DNA of 64,000 nucleotides from an uncultured Dehalococcoidia bacterium (GTDB lineage: Bacteria > Chloroflexota > Dehalococcoidia > Lucifugimonadales > CATQGZ01). Of the stretch, positions 1 through 9,800 are shown piece after piece. Every line of letters starts with the position of its first letter. Within the stretch, counting starts at the first letter, position 1. The notes under the pieces are model-generated. The model had not been told where the DNA came from. It made no database searches and saw nothing but the letters and a program-made list of their open reading frames with translations. The DNA is taken from the NCBI GenBank assembly GCA_964570875.1, contig CAZMZE010000021.1:4987-68986 (forward strand), written 5' to 3'. A program made the translations under genes and the position numbers.

Positions 1-382
1 TTCCCTTCAAGCCTTCCCTTTATATCTCTCAATATTTGTCTCCAATCTCTCCTGTATCAATAAACTACACATCGGATTCTATAGGTCCTGAAACCTCGTA
101 GCAAATTAAAACAATTACAAAAATGGAGAAGGACGAAGGTTCCAACTATTTTGCATTAACTGGGCTTGTGTAATCCCAATCTAATAAGCTATGTAATCAT
201 CGTATACAATAGATTCCTAAAATGCAGTAATTACACAAACTAGTTCTTTTAATATTAGGACTATAGAAATCGGTTAAAGGCTCTAGGAGTGGCCATTTCC
301 GGAAAACACTCCATTAGAATTTTTAAACATGCCTCGTGTTGAAAAACTGCACAAATACCCTGCTGGAAAGAAGTGAGTCCGT

Positions 383-1345
383 ATGGTTCCTCAGTATAAA
401 TGGGAGTTCGTCACCGATAAACCATCATGGGCCGGTAGAGACGGTGCCGGAGCACTGATTTTCAAAGACAGGATGTGGTTACTCGGAGGTTGGAATCCAT
501 TAGATAAGAAGAATTTCCCGACGACCACTAATAGTGAGGTTTGGTCTTCACAAGATGGAATTAATTGGTCATTAGAATTACATAAAGCACCATGGGAGGG
601 CCGGCACACAGCGGGGTATACAGTTCATGACAATAAAATGTGGATAGTAGGTGGAGACGTTAATCAAGGGCACTATCAAAATGATGTGTGGAGTAGTACA
701 GACGGTGTCAGATGGCAACTGGTCAACGCCGATGTTCCATGGGGACCCAGAGCACTGCACTGCACCGCATCATTCAAGTCTGAATTATGGATTATAGGTG
801 GCCAAACAATAGCTGGTTTTGTTGAAAGTGATCACTTAAGTATCCAGGATAGTTTTTACCGAGACGTTTGGAAATCGCCCGATGGACATGAATGGACCAG
901 GGTCACTAAGACTGCTCCATGGAAGAAAAAAGGCATGGTGGGGGGCAGTATAGTTCTGAATAGCAAATTATGGCTCTTGGGTGGCGGTACATATGAAACT
1001 CCGCTAACTCCAGAAAGAACATTTAGCAACGAGATTTGGAATACATCTGATGGCATGATTTGGGAACCCATTTCTAAATCCTCACCATGGATGGCTCGTC
1101 AATACCATGACGTTGCTGTATTTGATAAAAAAATGTGGGTTCTTGGTGGTTACGGCATTAATCACAAAAACCTCAATGATGTATGGTATTCTCCTGATGG
1201 AATAACTTGGACTGAACTACCTGACACTCCATGGACAAAGAGGCATGCATCAAGTGTATTCGTATTTGATCAATGTCTATGGATTATGGCTGGTAATAAC
1301 ACGTGGCCAATGGTTCCTGATGTGTGGAAACTGACAAAAAACTAA
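383..1345 (+). CDS. Kelch-repeat beta-propeller protein
   Basis: 320-aa ORF with about six tandem ~47-aa repeats. Recurring W-x-S-x-DG-x-x-W (WSSQDGINW, WSSTDGVRW, WKSPDGHEW, WNTSDGMIW, WYSPDGITW) and hydrophobic-GG motifs (LLGG, IVGG, IIGG, VLGG) are typical of Kelch/galactose-oxidase-type propellers. No obvious signal peptide. Confidence 0.75.
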   Translation: MVPQYKWEFVTDKPSWAGRDGAGALIFKDRMWLLGGWNPLDKKNFPTTTNSEVWSSQDGINWSLELHKAPWEGRHTAGYTVHDNKMWIVGGDVNQGHYQNDVWSSTDGVRWQLVNADVPWGPRALHCTASFKSELWIIGGQTIAGFVESDHLSIQDSFYRDVWKSPDGHEWTRVTKTAPWKKKGMVGGSIVLNSKLWLLGGGTYETPLTPERTFSNEIWNTSDGMIWEPISKSSPWMARQYHDVAVFDKKMWVLGGYGINHKNLNDVWYSPDGITWTELPDTPWTKRHASSVFVFDQCLWIMAGNNTWPMVPDVWKLTKN

Positions 1346-2739
1346 AATCTGATTGTTATCTCATCTTGAATACTTTCATCCAATTTACGGACGTTTTGAC
1401 CAAAAGGCAATGTGCCGTAAGGATTGATATCGACGACACCCGACTAACTCTACAACAGCTAGTGTATAAATATCTCCGAAACTCCCAAGCACTAGATTTA
1501 CTACGAGATAATCGAATTGTACGAGATTCAATTGATACATTCCAAGATATTCAGGACTTTACATTGACATGTTCCACGTCTGGACTTTTAAGAGAACCAT
1601 ATCCGGGTATCGAATTTGTTCAAGATGGCCGACCTTTACATTGGTCAATGCATCCTAAAATCACAACAACTTCAGTGAAAAACACAGAACTTTCTGTGAT
1701 AAACATTGAAATTGATAGGACAAATATAGGTTATGACCGCAACTGGGAAGGTTTCCATAATCGTCGCTGGCAAAGACATCAGAATGAATATAACGATTTC
1801 ACAAATGAGATTTTAAGAACTAACTATCAAAACGATAAGGCAGAACGGATACTGGAATTAAAAACAAAATGGGATAAAGTTGCTCTTTTGCACTCTCTGG
1901 CTCGAAAAATATGGCTTAGTGAATTTGAAAACTACTCTAGATTTATTGATCGCAAGCTGATTTATAAAACTGGGGACGAAACAGTCCTTAACATAATAGC
2001 CGGAGCTGGTGGTATTTGTTCCGAAAAAGTCCAAGCTTTGAAATTTTTGACTGATCACTATGGCTTAGATTCAGAATACATAATCGCCGGAGCTAATGTC
2101 CCAGGCCCAGTTCCCGAATCAGCACTACGGAAAATGCTAGACACGTTCGATTTCCGTTTCGGGAAAAGACACATGAAATACTGGCAGCATACCGCTCTGA
2201 TTTACCACATAGATGGAGAGTCCATCTTCGTTGACGCGACCAACGGAAACATACCTTTCCTGTTTATACGAAATGCAGACAGTCATCCAATTCTATCAAC
2301 TTCAAATAAGACGCCAGTTAGGGTAAAAATGGCTCTGGAATACGAAGATTTTTATTACCACTGTGTCCCTCAAGATATACCAGAAAAATTCATATTTGCT
2401 ATGGAGACTTGGATCAGCGACATTGACCTAATACAGGTTTTTGAAAACGAGCTTGGGTTATCCATTTCTTCCGATTTCTTCGTGACCCCGTTAATCTATA
2501 AAAACCAAAATCAATACGAACTACTTAGCCAAGAATACTTAGCAATAGCAGGCAAATCCAATTTGATGTGTTCTACGTCTCCTATGTGGAGCCTCGATTC
2601 CAAAATTGGCCAACAATTTGCAGCCCAACAACCTAACGTAGCCAATAATATTATTGAAGCTAAGAACCATTTACTATCTCAATACAATCAGTGGGAAGCA
2701 TCCGAACATTCAATAGGACTGGTCATAATCAAAATTTGA
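1324..2739 (+). CDS. hypothetical protein with transglutaminase-like Cys-His-Asp core (putative)
   Basis: 471-aa ORF. The GTG at 1324 overlaps the Kelch gene stop, so the true start is uncertain. GGICSEKVQALKFL, then ~57 aa, then YWQHTALIYH, then ~15 aa, then FVDATNG resembles the G-x-C / H / D spacing of transglutaminase-core (papain-fold) enzymes. Motif-level only. Confidence 0.4.
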   Translation: METDKKLKSDCYLILNTFIQFTDVLTKRQCAVRIDIDDTRLTLQQLVYKYLRNSQALDLLRDNRIVRDSIDTFQDIQDFTLTCSTSGLLREPYPGIEFVQDGRPLHWSMHPKITTTSVKNTELSVINIEIDRTNIGYDRNWEGFHNRRWQRHQNEYNDFTNEILRTNYQNDKAERILELKTKWDKVALLHSLARKIWLSEFENYSRFIDRKLIYKTGDETVLNIIAGAGGICSEKVQALKFLTDHYGLDSEYIIAGANVPGPVPESALRKMLDTFDFRFGKRHMKYWQHTALIYHIDGESIFVDATNGNIPFLFIRNADSHPILSTSNKTPVRVKMALEYEDFYYHCVPQDIPEKFIFAMETWISDIDLIQVFENELGLSISSDFFVTPLIYKNQNQYELLSQEYLAIAGKSNLMCSTSPMWSLDSKIGQQFAAQQPNVANNIIEAKNHLLSQYNQWEASEHSIGLVIIKI

Positions 2740-2740
2740 G

Positions 2741-3550
2741 ATGGTAACTTACAGCACCCCCAACAATCTTGTCGAACTACTCAACAAAGTTCTAAAAGCC
2801 GCGTCCCACACAGGATTTTACAAAACTGACGTCCATACTATAAAAACACTTGAAGAGTATGCCCAAATAAACCCAGTCTCATTAAAAACGTACCGTGAGC
2901 AAAAACTATCCGATCTTTTGGTGGAGCATTCCACAATTGATTGGATAGCAAGGGCTTTCCGGGATACTAATCTCGGGTTGGCATCAATCGTAGAAAATCC
3001 AGACCAAACAGAGTCTAGGTACGAATTGCTGTCAGACGCTCTGAAACAAAGTATCGATATTAATCAGAAACCTATAGCGGTAGCTATATCATCCCTGCAG
3101 AAAATAGGTTTCGCTGCAGAGATATCAACCATACTGATGAGTTTAGGTATATCTACTCACTTAATCAGTTACACCCAGAAGGAACTGATCAATAAGTTCA
3201 TCAATATAACCCAACCCCAGTTGATCGTATTGCTTTCGGAGCACATATCAGAAGATGATCTACCAAATACAGTTGAACTATGCATTACATTTCGGCAATC
3301 ACATACAATGGCTCAAATACCTCAGCTAGACATGTATTTAGTGGATGAAATTGGATTTATGGCCCACTCGAACGACGGTAGAAACTACATACCATACAAA
3401 GACGTTTTCTACTTTGAGCAATCTGTTGAAGATTATTTAATAGTAAGTTCCCTCAACAACTTCACGAAACCACTCGTCAGAATTAAAACAGCAGATAAGA
3501 TAGATTACATAGACAATGTATTGAAGTTTAAAAGACTTGGCCCCGCATAG
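2741..3550 (+). CDS. degenerate PaaK/F390-synthetase-like protein lacking the adenylation P-loop
   Basis: 269-aa ORF; the ATG lies 1 nt after the upstream TGA. The N-terminus (LLNKVLKAASHTGFYKTDVHTIKTLEEYAQINPVSLKTYRE) and C-terminus (YLIVSSLNNFTKPLVRIKTADKI) parallel the PaaK-like gene at 4856 (YCYQNFLIYKNRF... and VLITSLRLKAMPLLRYRIRDVI). No SSGTTxKPK motif is present. Confidence 0.4.
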   Translation: MVTYSTPNNLVELLNKVLKAASHTGFYKTDVHTIKTLEEYAQINPVSLKTYREQKLSDLLVEHSTIDWIARAFRDTNLGLASIVENPDQTESRYELLSDALKQSIDINQKPIAVAISSLQKIGFAAEISTILMSLGISTHLISYTQKELINKFINITQPQLIVLLSEHISEDDLPNTVELCITFRQSHTMAQIPQLDMYLVDEIGFMAHSNDGRNYIPYKDVFYFEQSVEDYLIVSSLNNFTKPLVRIKTADKIDYIDNVLKFKRLGPA

Positions 3551-3764
3551 TTAGGGTGCAAGCAGATAGTTGGTCCACAAAAACCAGCATTAATTAGAAA
3601 CAACTTACTTTATTCGACAATAATGCTGATATGAGCAACAAAAACGACTAAACATTTAGTAATCAACTAATTATACTGAAATTGGACAGTAGACAATCTA
3701 CATAAACCGCATTTGAAATATCAATCATCGGAATTCACTAACAAACTAAGTCTGACGTTCAATA

Positions 3765-4835
3765 ATGATTTTCAGAATTAACAGACTGATTGCACAGATA
3801 CGTCGCAGGAAAGAAATCGGCATTGGATTCCTGTCCCTAGTTTTGATAACCAGTGTAATTGGAAATGGGATAACTTACTACGTTTTCGACCAGGGACTGA
3901 GTAATCCTAGTTTTGGTGATGCTCTCTGGTATAGCTTCACCTCAATTACAACAATAGGCTACGGGGACTTCCATGCAGATTCTTTAGGAGCTAGAATTGG
4001 AACAGCCATATTTATCGGCATTCTAGGACTTGCAACCTTTACAACTGCGGTGGGAATAGGTGTAGATTGGCTTCTAGATATACAATTCAAGGAGCGTATG
4101 GGTATGGGTCGAGCATTAACTAAAAATCACCTGTTGATAATAAATTACCCTAACGAACGTAGGATACGCCAAGTGGCAGATGAATATCTACAGGATGACG
4201 ATCATGCAGGGGATGACATAGTTCTGGTAACTGATAAGATTGATTCGCTTCCACCTCTGCTAGATAAAAAAATTCAACTGGTTAAAGGTTCGCCTATCGA
4301 AGAAGAAACCTATGCTAGGGCCGAGGTAGCGTCAGCTCGGCAGGCAATCGTCCTTAGTACCGGATACGATGACCCAAACAGTGACAGCATAAATGCTTCC
4401 ATAATTTCGATACTTGAACACTTAAACCCTGACTTGAGGTCCGTGGCCGAATGTCTGAACGTTAAACATTCTTTACTGTTCAACGGATCTAAGAATACCT
4501 CTCTAGTTCACACTCACCAGATTTCCAGTAATTTACTAGTCCAGGAAGCCCAAGACCCCGGAGTCAACAAACTTACTGTGGCGATAACAAGTAACGCTAT
4601 AAAAGGTACACTAGTCAGCACTGTAGTGGATTCTACCCCTGATAAAACAATATCCCTCCAAGATACTGCGAAACTTTTACTAGACCACGGGATTAATCTA
4701 GTTGGAGTTCTCAGGGGTGAGGATATTCACGTACAATTCACCACACTCAAATTGACACGAGACGACGTTCTTATATATGTAGGCGAAGCTAGGCAAGATT
4801 GGTCCACATTGAATTCCTACTTGCGAAACGCATGA
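3765..4835 (+). CDS. potassium channel (2-TM pore with TTIGYGD filter) fused to an RCK/TrkA-like cytoplasmic domain
   Basis: Selectivity-filter signature SITTIGYGDF lies between two hydrophobic helices. The C-terminal ~220 aa begin HLLIINYPNERRIRQVADEY, a Rossmann-like beta-alpha start of RCK domains, here without a GxGxxG motif. Confidence 0.8.
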   Translation: MIFRINRLIAQIRRRKEIGIGFLSLVLITSVIGNGITYYVFDQGLSNPSFGDALWYSFTSITTIGYGDFHADSLGARIGTAIFIGILGLATFTTAVGIGVDWLLDIQFKERMGMGRALTKNHLLIINYPNERRIRQVADEYLQDDDHAGDDIVLVTDKIDSLPPLLDKKIQLVKGSPIEEETYARAEVASARQAIVLSTGYDDPNSDSINASIISILEHLNPDLRSVAECLNVKHSLLFNGSKNTSLVHTHQISSNLLVQEAQDPGVNKLTVAITSNAIKGTLVSTVVDSTPDKTISLQDTAKLLLDHGINLVGVLRGEDIHVQFTTLKLTRDDVLIYVGEARQDWSTLNSYLRNA

Positions 4836-4855
4836 AGTGATTGCAGTAGCCACCG

Positions 4856-6097
4856 ATGCTAGAGAGCCCTTCAGAAAAAACAGTAGAACAACTAAGACAT
4901 ACTCTTTCATATTGCTATCAAAATTTCCTTATCTATAAGAATCGATTTAGCAAATCAGGAATAGGGCAACGTGAGTTAAACCGCGAGAACCCTCTAGACA
5001 TCCTCAGTAAATTAATGCCCCTTGAAACCCAAGAATACGAAATTTTAGCTGATGAAGCCATTCTTAATATTGAAAACATAGTAGACATCGAAACTTCTTC
5101 AGGTACTACAAATAAACCAAAACGCCGATTCATTTCAATGGAAGATGAACTCTTAGAACAAAAGTTGCTCTCGAAGATGTTCAAGATATGCGGCATTAAT
5201 AGTCATGATAGAGTCGCATGTTTAGATATAGATCCCTTGAACATAATGGCTAGCTTTGTTCAAGTAATCCAAAAAACATTGATTACAGCAGATGCATATT
5301 GTTACTCCCCAACTCATCAAGCTCAAAGATCGTTCCTTGATTTGAGGAATCTTGATCCTACTGTGATCATATCGGTGCCCACGATAATTGAACGATGGTT
5401 ACCAGAATTCTTGACAGCATTCAAAGATTCAGCAAAAAACCAACTCGCCAAAATCATCTACGTCGGTGAGAATATGCCTACCCAAACCAGAACAATCTTG
5501 GAAAAAAAACTAGGAGTAGAAGTTTTTGGTTATTACGGTGCTACCGAAGCCTCTAGTATGGGAATCGAATGTGGACACCACACAGGAATCCACCTTTTCA
5601 CAGACCACAATTTTTTTGAATTAGTTACAAGAACTGGTACAAATCAAACTGAGGTTTTGATTACTTCGCTTCGCCTAAAAGCAATGCCCCTTTTACGGTA
5701 CCGAATCAGAGATGTTATTCAGGTTAATACAAATAGCTGCGAATGCGGATTAAACTACCCGGCTGTGAAGGTTTCACGATCCTCCGAAGAAACAATGAAC
5801 ATCCTAGGTGTTTCCATAAACTATCAATCGATCTATAGATCAGTCTACACGCGGGAATCCCAACCAATGCAAATTATTTTGACGAAAAATTCACGGGACA
5901 GTGTAATGATAATTCTCCCTGTTAAGCTTAGAGAAAATCGATCGTATATAATTAGCAGGATATTTGGTGAAAATCCAGATCTGGAATTTCTAGTATCCAG
6001 TGGCCATCTTGACCTAGATATTTCCTTTGATGACAGAGTTGCCAAAATTCGAAAAAAGCAAACTTTGGTAGACCTAAGAAAATCAGATGCAGCATGA
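4856..6097 (+). CDS. PaaK/coenzyme-F390-synthetase-family adenylate-forming enzyme
   Basis: IETSSGTTNKPKRRF (AMP-binding P-loop, cf. SSGTTGKP), YYGATEASS (YGxTE) and PLLRYRIRDV (RYRTGD) appear in the order typical of phenylacetate-CoA-ligase-like enzymes. 413 aa. Confidence 0.75.
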   Translation: MLESPSEKTVEQLRHTLSYCYQNFLIYKNRFSKSGIGQRELNRENPLDILSKLMPLETQEYEILADEAILNIENIVDIETSSGTTNKPKRRFISMEDELLEQKLLSKMFKICGINSHDRVACLDIDPLNIMASFVQVIQKTLITADAYCYSPTHQAQRSFLDLRNLDPTVIISVPTIIERWLPEFLTAFKDSAKNQLAKIIYVGENMPTQTRTILEKKLGVEVFGYYGATEASSMGIECGHHTGIHLFTDHNFFELVTRTGTNQTEVLITSLRLKAMPLLRYRIRDVIQVNTNSCECGLNYPAVKVSRSSEETMNILGVSINYQSIYRSVYTRESQPMQIILTKNSRDSVMIILPVKLRENRSYIISRIFGENPDLEFLVSSGHLDLDISFDDRVAKIRKKQTLVDLRKSDAA

Positions 6098-6801
6098 CTC
6101 TAAAACATGTCAAACCTAAGCCAGACCTAATTGAAATCAGGCATGACCAACTTGATCTTATAGTTCAAGGCCATAGATTACTCAAACAAACTATGGAATC
6201 TGGATACGTCGAAAATTTGGAATCCTTTCTAAAAACAGTTTCCCCCTATACTGATACATTCGTAAAACCTCATGTGATTGGAGCATTTCACAAGGGTGTT
6301 TTGATAGGATTGGTAGTAGGATCATATTTAGTTAAAGCTGATATTGGTTTCGTGTCATATGCTGGGGTAGATTCAAAATGGCGTCAGAACAAAGTGTACT
6401 CCAACCTACGTAAAACACTGATATCTACGTTCCAATATGACGCTGATAACCAACCTAATTCGCGCCTTTCTTATGTGGCTTCTGAAATGATCAGGAATTC
6501 GCTTTTATTCAAATCAATTACAAGTCATGACGACATATTCGTACTCCCCTGTGATTATGAACAACCAGCTACCCAAGGATTACTATCAAAACAACTAGAG
6601 TTTTTGATGCAATCAATATCTGGGAAAATCCCTCACAATCTAAATGAAATTTTGTGTATTCTGAAAGAAGTCTACAGAGGTATCTATCGAATACCTGATT
6701 ATGAATCAAACATCACATTTAAGAAGTTGAGAGCGTCTTTGTTAATTTATAATCTAAGCGCCCTATTAACGAACAAACCCGGATTGATTGTAAAGTCATA
6801 G
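6094..6801 (+). CDS. hypothetical protein (possible GNAT-fold acyltransferase)
   Basis: 235-aa ORF whose ATG overlaps the upstream stop (ATGA). The segment VIGAFHKGVLIGLVVGSYL...FVSYAGVDSKWRQNKVYSNLRKTLI weakly resembles GNAT beta4-alpha3 (motif A). Low confidence. Confidence 0.3.
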   Translation: MTLKHVKPKPDLIEIRHDQLDLIVQGHRLLKQTMESGYVENLESFLKTVSPYTDTFVKPHVIGAFHKGVLIGLVVGSYLVKADIGFVSYAGVDSKWRQNKVYSNLRKTLISTFQYDADNQPNSRLSYVASEMIRNSLLFKSITSHDDIFVLPCDYEQPATQGLLSKQLEFLMQSISGKIPHNLNEILCILKEVYRGIYRIPDYESNITFKKLRASLLIYNLSALLTNKPGLIVKS

Positions 6802-6805
6802 AAAC

Positions 6806-9800
6806 ATGATACTAAGAAACACAATAAATCCCATAAAATTGATACGTGATTTTGACTTCTCAGCTAAATCTGATAGTGATTTAGAGAATAGGCTTAGAGC
6901 TTTAATACAATCTTCAGCTAATAGGAAAACACAGACTTTTGAACCATATGCGATTATAGCCGAAATTATTGACCGAAAACTCGGGATATGGAAAATATTT
7001 GAATCCACAACGAACGTCGGTCCCTTAAATAAATATCTAACACTTGCACAGATACTAAGGTCAAAAGCTCCATTTAAAAACCATATTGAATACGACAAAG
7101 ACCCTCGATTTTTTGATAGCAAATCGTTTACAGAATCCTTAGAACCCATTCTGAACAAGTGGAGATTAAATTCAGCGGAAAAGAATGTAGTCAAAACTTT
7201 GATATACGTTGGAGAACAAGTTGGTACCCACAAGGCAAATATTTATTTACCTGGGCAATTTTACCAATCGTTCAGAAATTTAGACGTGGAAGATATGTTC
7301 TCTTTCCGCATCACAGATTCGCAACTTATGTCTGCGCTGATGGTCTACGATGGGTCCATCGTAGAATTGGATGCAGGAGAGGGCAAAACCGTTTCTGCTG
7401 GTATTCCTGCACTTATACATGCTCTAAACGGCAAATCCGTCCACGTAATTACATCCAACGACTATTTGGCCAAAAGAGACTGCGAACTGCTTTCCCAAAT
7501 GTACAACTCGGTTGGTGTTTCATCTGGATATATCCAAAACCATATGGAAAACCGAGAGAGACAAATTGTCTATCATAAAGATATCGTTTACAGCACAATC
7601 AGAGAAATCGGTTTCGACTACCTCAGAGACAATATTTCAACTGAATCCGGATCCGCAGTTACAAACTCCCTTGAAATAGCTATTGTTGATGAAGCAGATC
7701 ACATCCTTATTGACCAAGTTCTCTCACCCCTCATAATTTCGGGGGAATCTATAACCAATCGCAGAGCATTCAAAAAATCCCATGAGTTTATAAAAGAAAT
7801 CTTGTATCTCCAAAAACAGGTTGTAAAACAATTGGAAGTTGAAGCAACCGATGCAAAATACTCGAAAAACTTTACATCAATCCTGGCAAAACTAGCTTTG
7901 GCCGACCCGAGAAACTATCTACTCAAAGACAAAATTATTGATGCCAAGATGAGAAAACTAATCACAGAAATATTGGAATCAGTTACTTTTGACGACCAAC
8001 CTAGCTCTCCACAAGACCCATATTTCATCGTGGAGTCAAATTTCACATCAGTAATGTTGACTCGCCGTGGGCAAGAATTACTGGAACTCAGACTCGGCAA
8101 CATATTTGACCTTGGTGAAGATTTGTCATACGAGTCATCTGAAGAAACTCTCAGGCGAAACGACTTGCAATATTCAAGAATCAACCAAATTCACCAGTTA
8201 TTAAGAGCATACGTACTTTTACGTAAAAACTTTGACTATGTTGTAACTGGCGGAAAGATTGTTTTGGTTGACCAAATGACAGGACGTACTCTGCCCGATA
8301 ATCGATTCCAACATGATTTACACGCAGCATTAGAAGCTAAAGAAAACCTAGAAATACTAGACCAATACGAAACTGTTGCTCAAATCTCCATCCCTGGACT
8401 TGTTGGCAGATATCAACAGATTTCAGGACTTACCGGAACAGCTATATCAGCTCGAGATGAATTCACTCGGATGTATGGATTATCAGTTAAAAAAATACCT
8501 CCATCCATGTTCTCTCTTCGAGTCGACAAAGAAAGCCAAATAGCATCAAATAAAGTAGGGAAATTCCGTTCAATCATAGACAGCACCCGGGCGGCAAACA
8601 ATGTTGGCCGCCCAGTCCTAATAGGCACTAACTCTGTAGCTGAATCTTACGAACTCAGCACTGCTCTCAAAAATCATGGCATAGACCATATGTTATTGAA
8701 CGCTATCAATGATTCAGAAGAGACAAGAATCGTAAGAGACGCCGGGAACCTAGGGTCAGTGACCATAGCTACCAATATGGCAGGACGTGGGACCGACATT
8801 GTAGTAAAACCAGATATCAATAAAGCTATTGTCAATCGATATACGGAGTTAGTCACTGACCTGTTTAATAATGGCGCTACTGAAGTAAATATTAAATGCG
8901 GGACAGAATCAGAATACGAAGTACTTAAAACCGTACTATCTCAATCTCACTATACATACAAACCCAACAAATCCTTGAAATTTCATAATTTCAGTTTAAC
9001 GGTTCTTCCAAACCCAATTTCACATTCTCACAAGAAACATCTAGACCCGATGTCTCTTGGAAAAACCGGCCAAAAAGCCATCACATTATGGAGCACCGTT
9101 TTGAGTATCTCCTTGGACAAAATATTGTCCATAACAAATCATCTCAATCAAATCACCAAAGATAGACCCTCAGCCAGATACCAAATTGATTTTGGTCTTG
9201 GGATGTTGGTGATTGGAACAGAATTGAACAAATCTCGGAGAGTGGATGACCAACTCAGAGGGCGTACAGCAAGACAGGGATCATTCGGGGCCACAAAATT
9301 TGTACTTTCCTTGAAGGATCTCCCCCTTGATAAATATGGTGCATTTGGATTCAGTGGAAACGATAGCAACAATGGACATAGCATCAATAACTCACGTCAA
9401 ATTTCTAAGATTCAAAAACTACAAGATATTGTAGAGCAGCAAGAAAACCTAGACCGGGCATTCATCCAAAATTATTGGAAACTGATGGATCATCAGACCA
9501 TTTCATACTATTCAGCTCGCCAAGAAATTCTAGAATCATCTATTTTCCAAACCACATATCCAAAATTGGCACAAGTTTTTTCTAAAACAATTGTTGACAG
9601 GCATTTTCCTAAAATGCGCGTCCGAGATTACCAGAAGCAATTCCAGCAGATGAGCGCCGATGTCACAAAGTCTCTGAATTTGCCGATTTCTGATTTATAT
9701 GGTTCCCCTATTCCAGACTTACAAAGTGAACTGGCTATTCGCTTACTCAATTCAATTGATAAGGTAAACGCACAAATAGAACCTGAGCAAATTGACTACG

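Noticed and set aside
1-32. Possible minus-strand gene start (TTG at 32-30 preceded by GGAGA) running off the left edge
   Set aside because: Only about 10 codons are visible, so it cannot be evaluated.
329-382. In-frame ATG (329) and TGA (374-376) upstream of the Kelch gene: possible second Sec codon
   Set aside because: The extension is only 15 codons, has no redox or conserved motif, and has no convincing hairpin. The ATG at 383 gives a complete propeller. Treated as coincidence.
7159-7578. 139-aa + strand ORF inside the SecA-like gene, and similar long alternative-frame or antisense ORFs (for example 14919-15263, 18851-19207, 25086-25424, 33656-34048, 37216-37599, 45526-45849)
   Set aside because: All are nested in or antisense to genes with strong family motifs. 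Their sequences are compositionally odd (Cys/Arg/Ser-rich or low-complexity) and carry no recognisable domains, so they are shadow ORFs.
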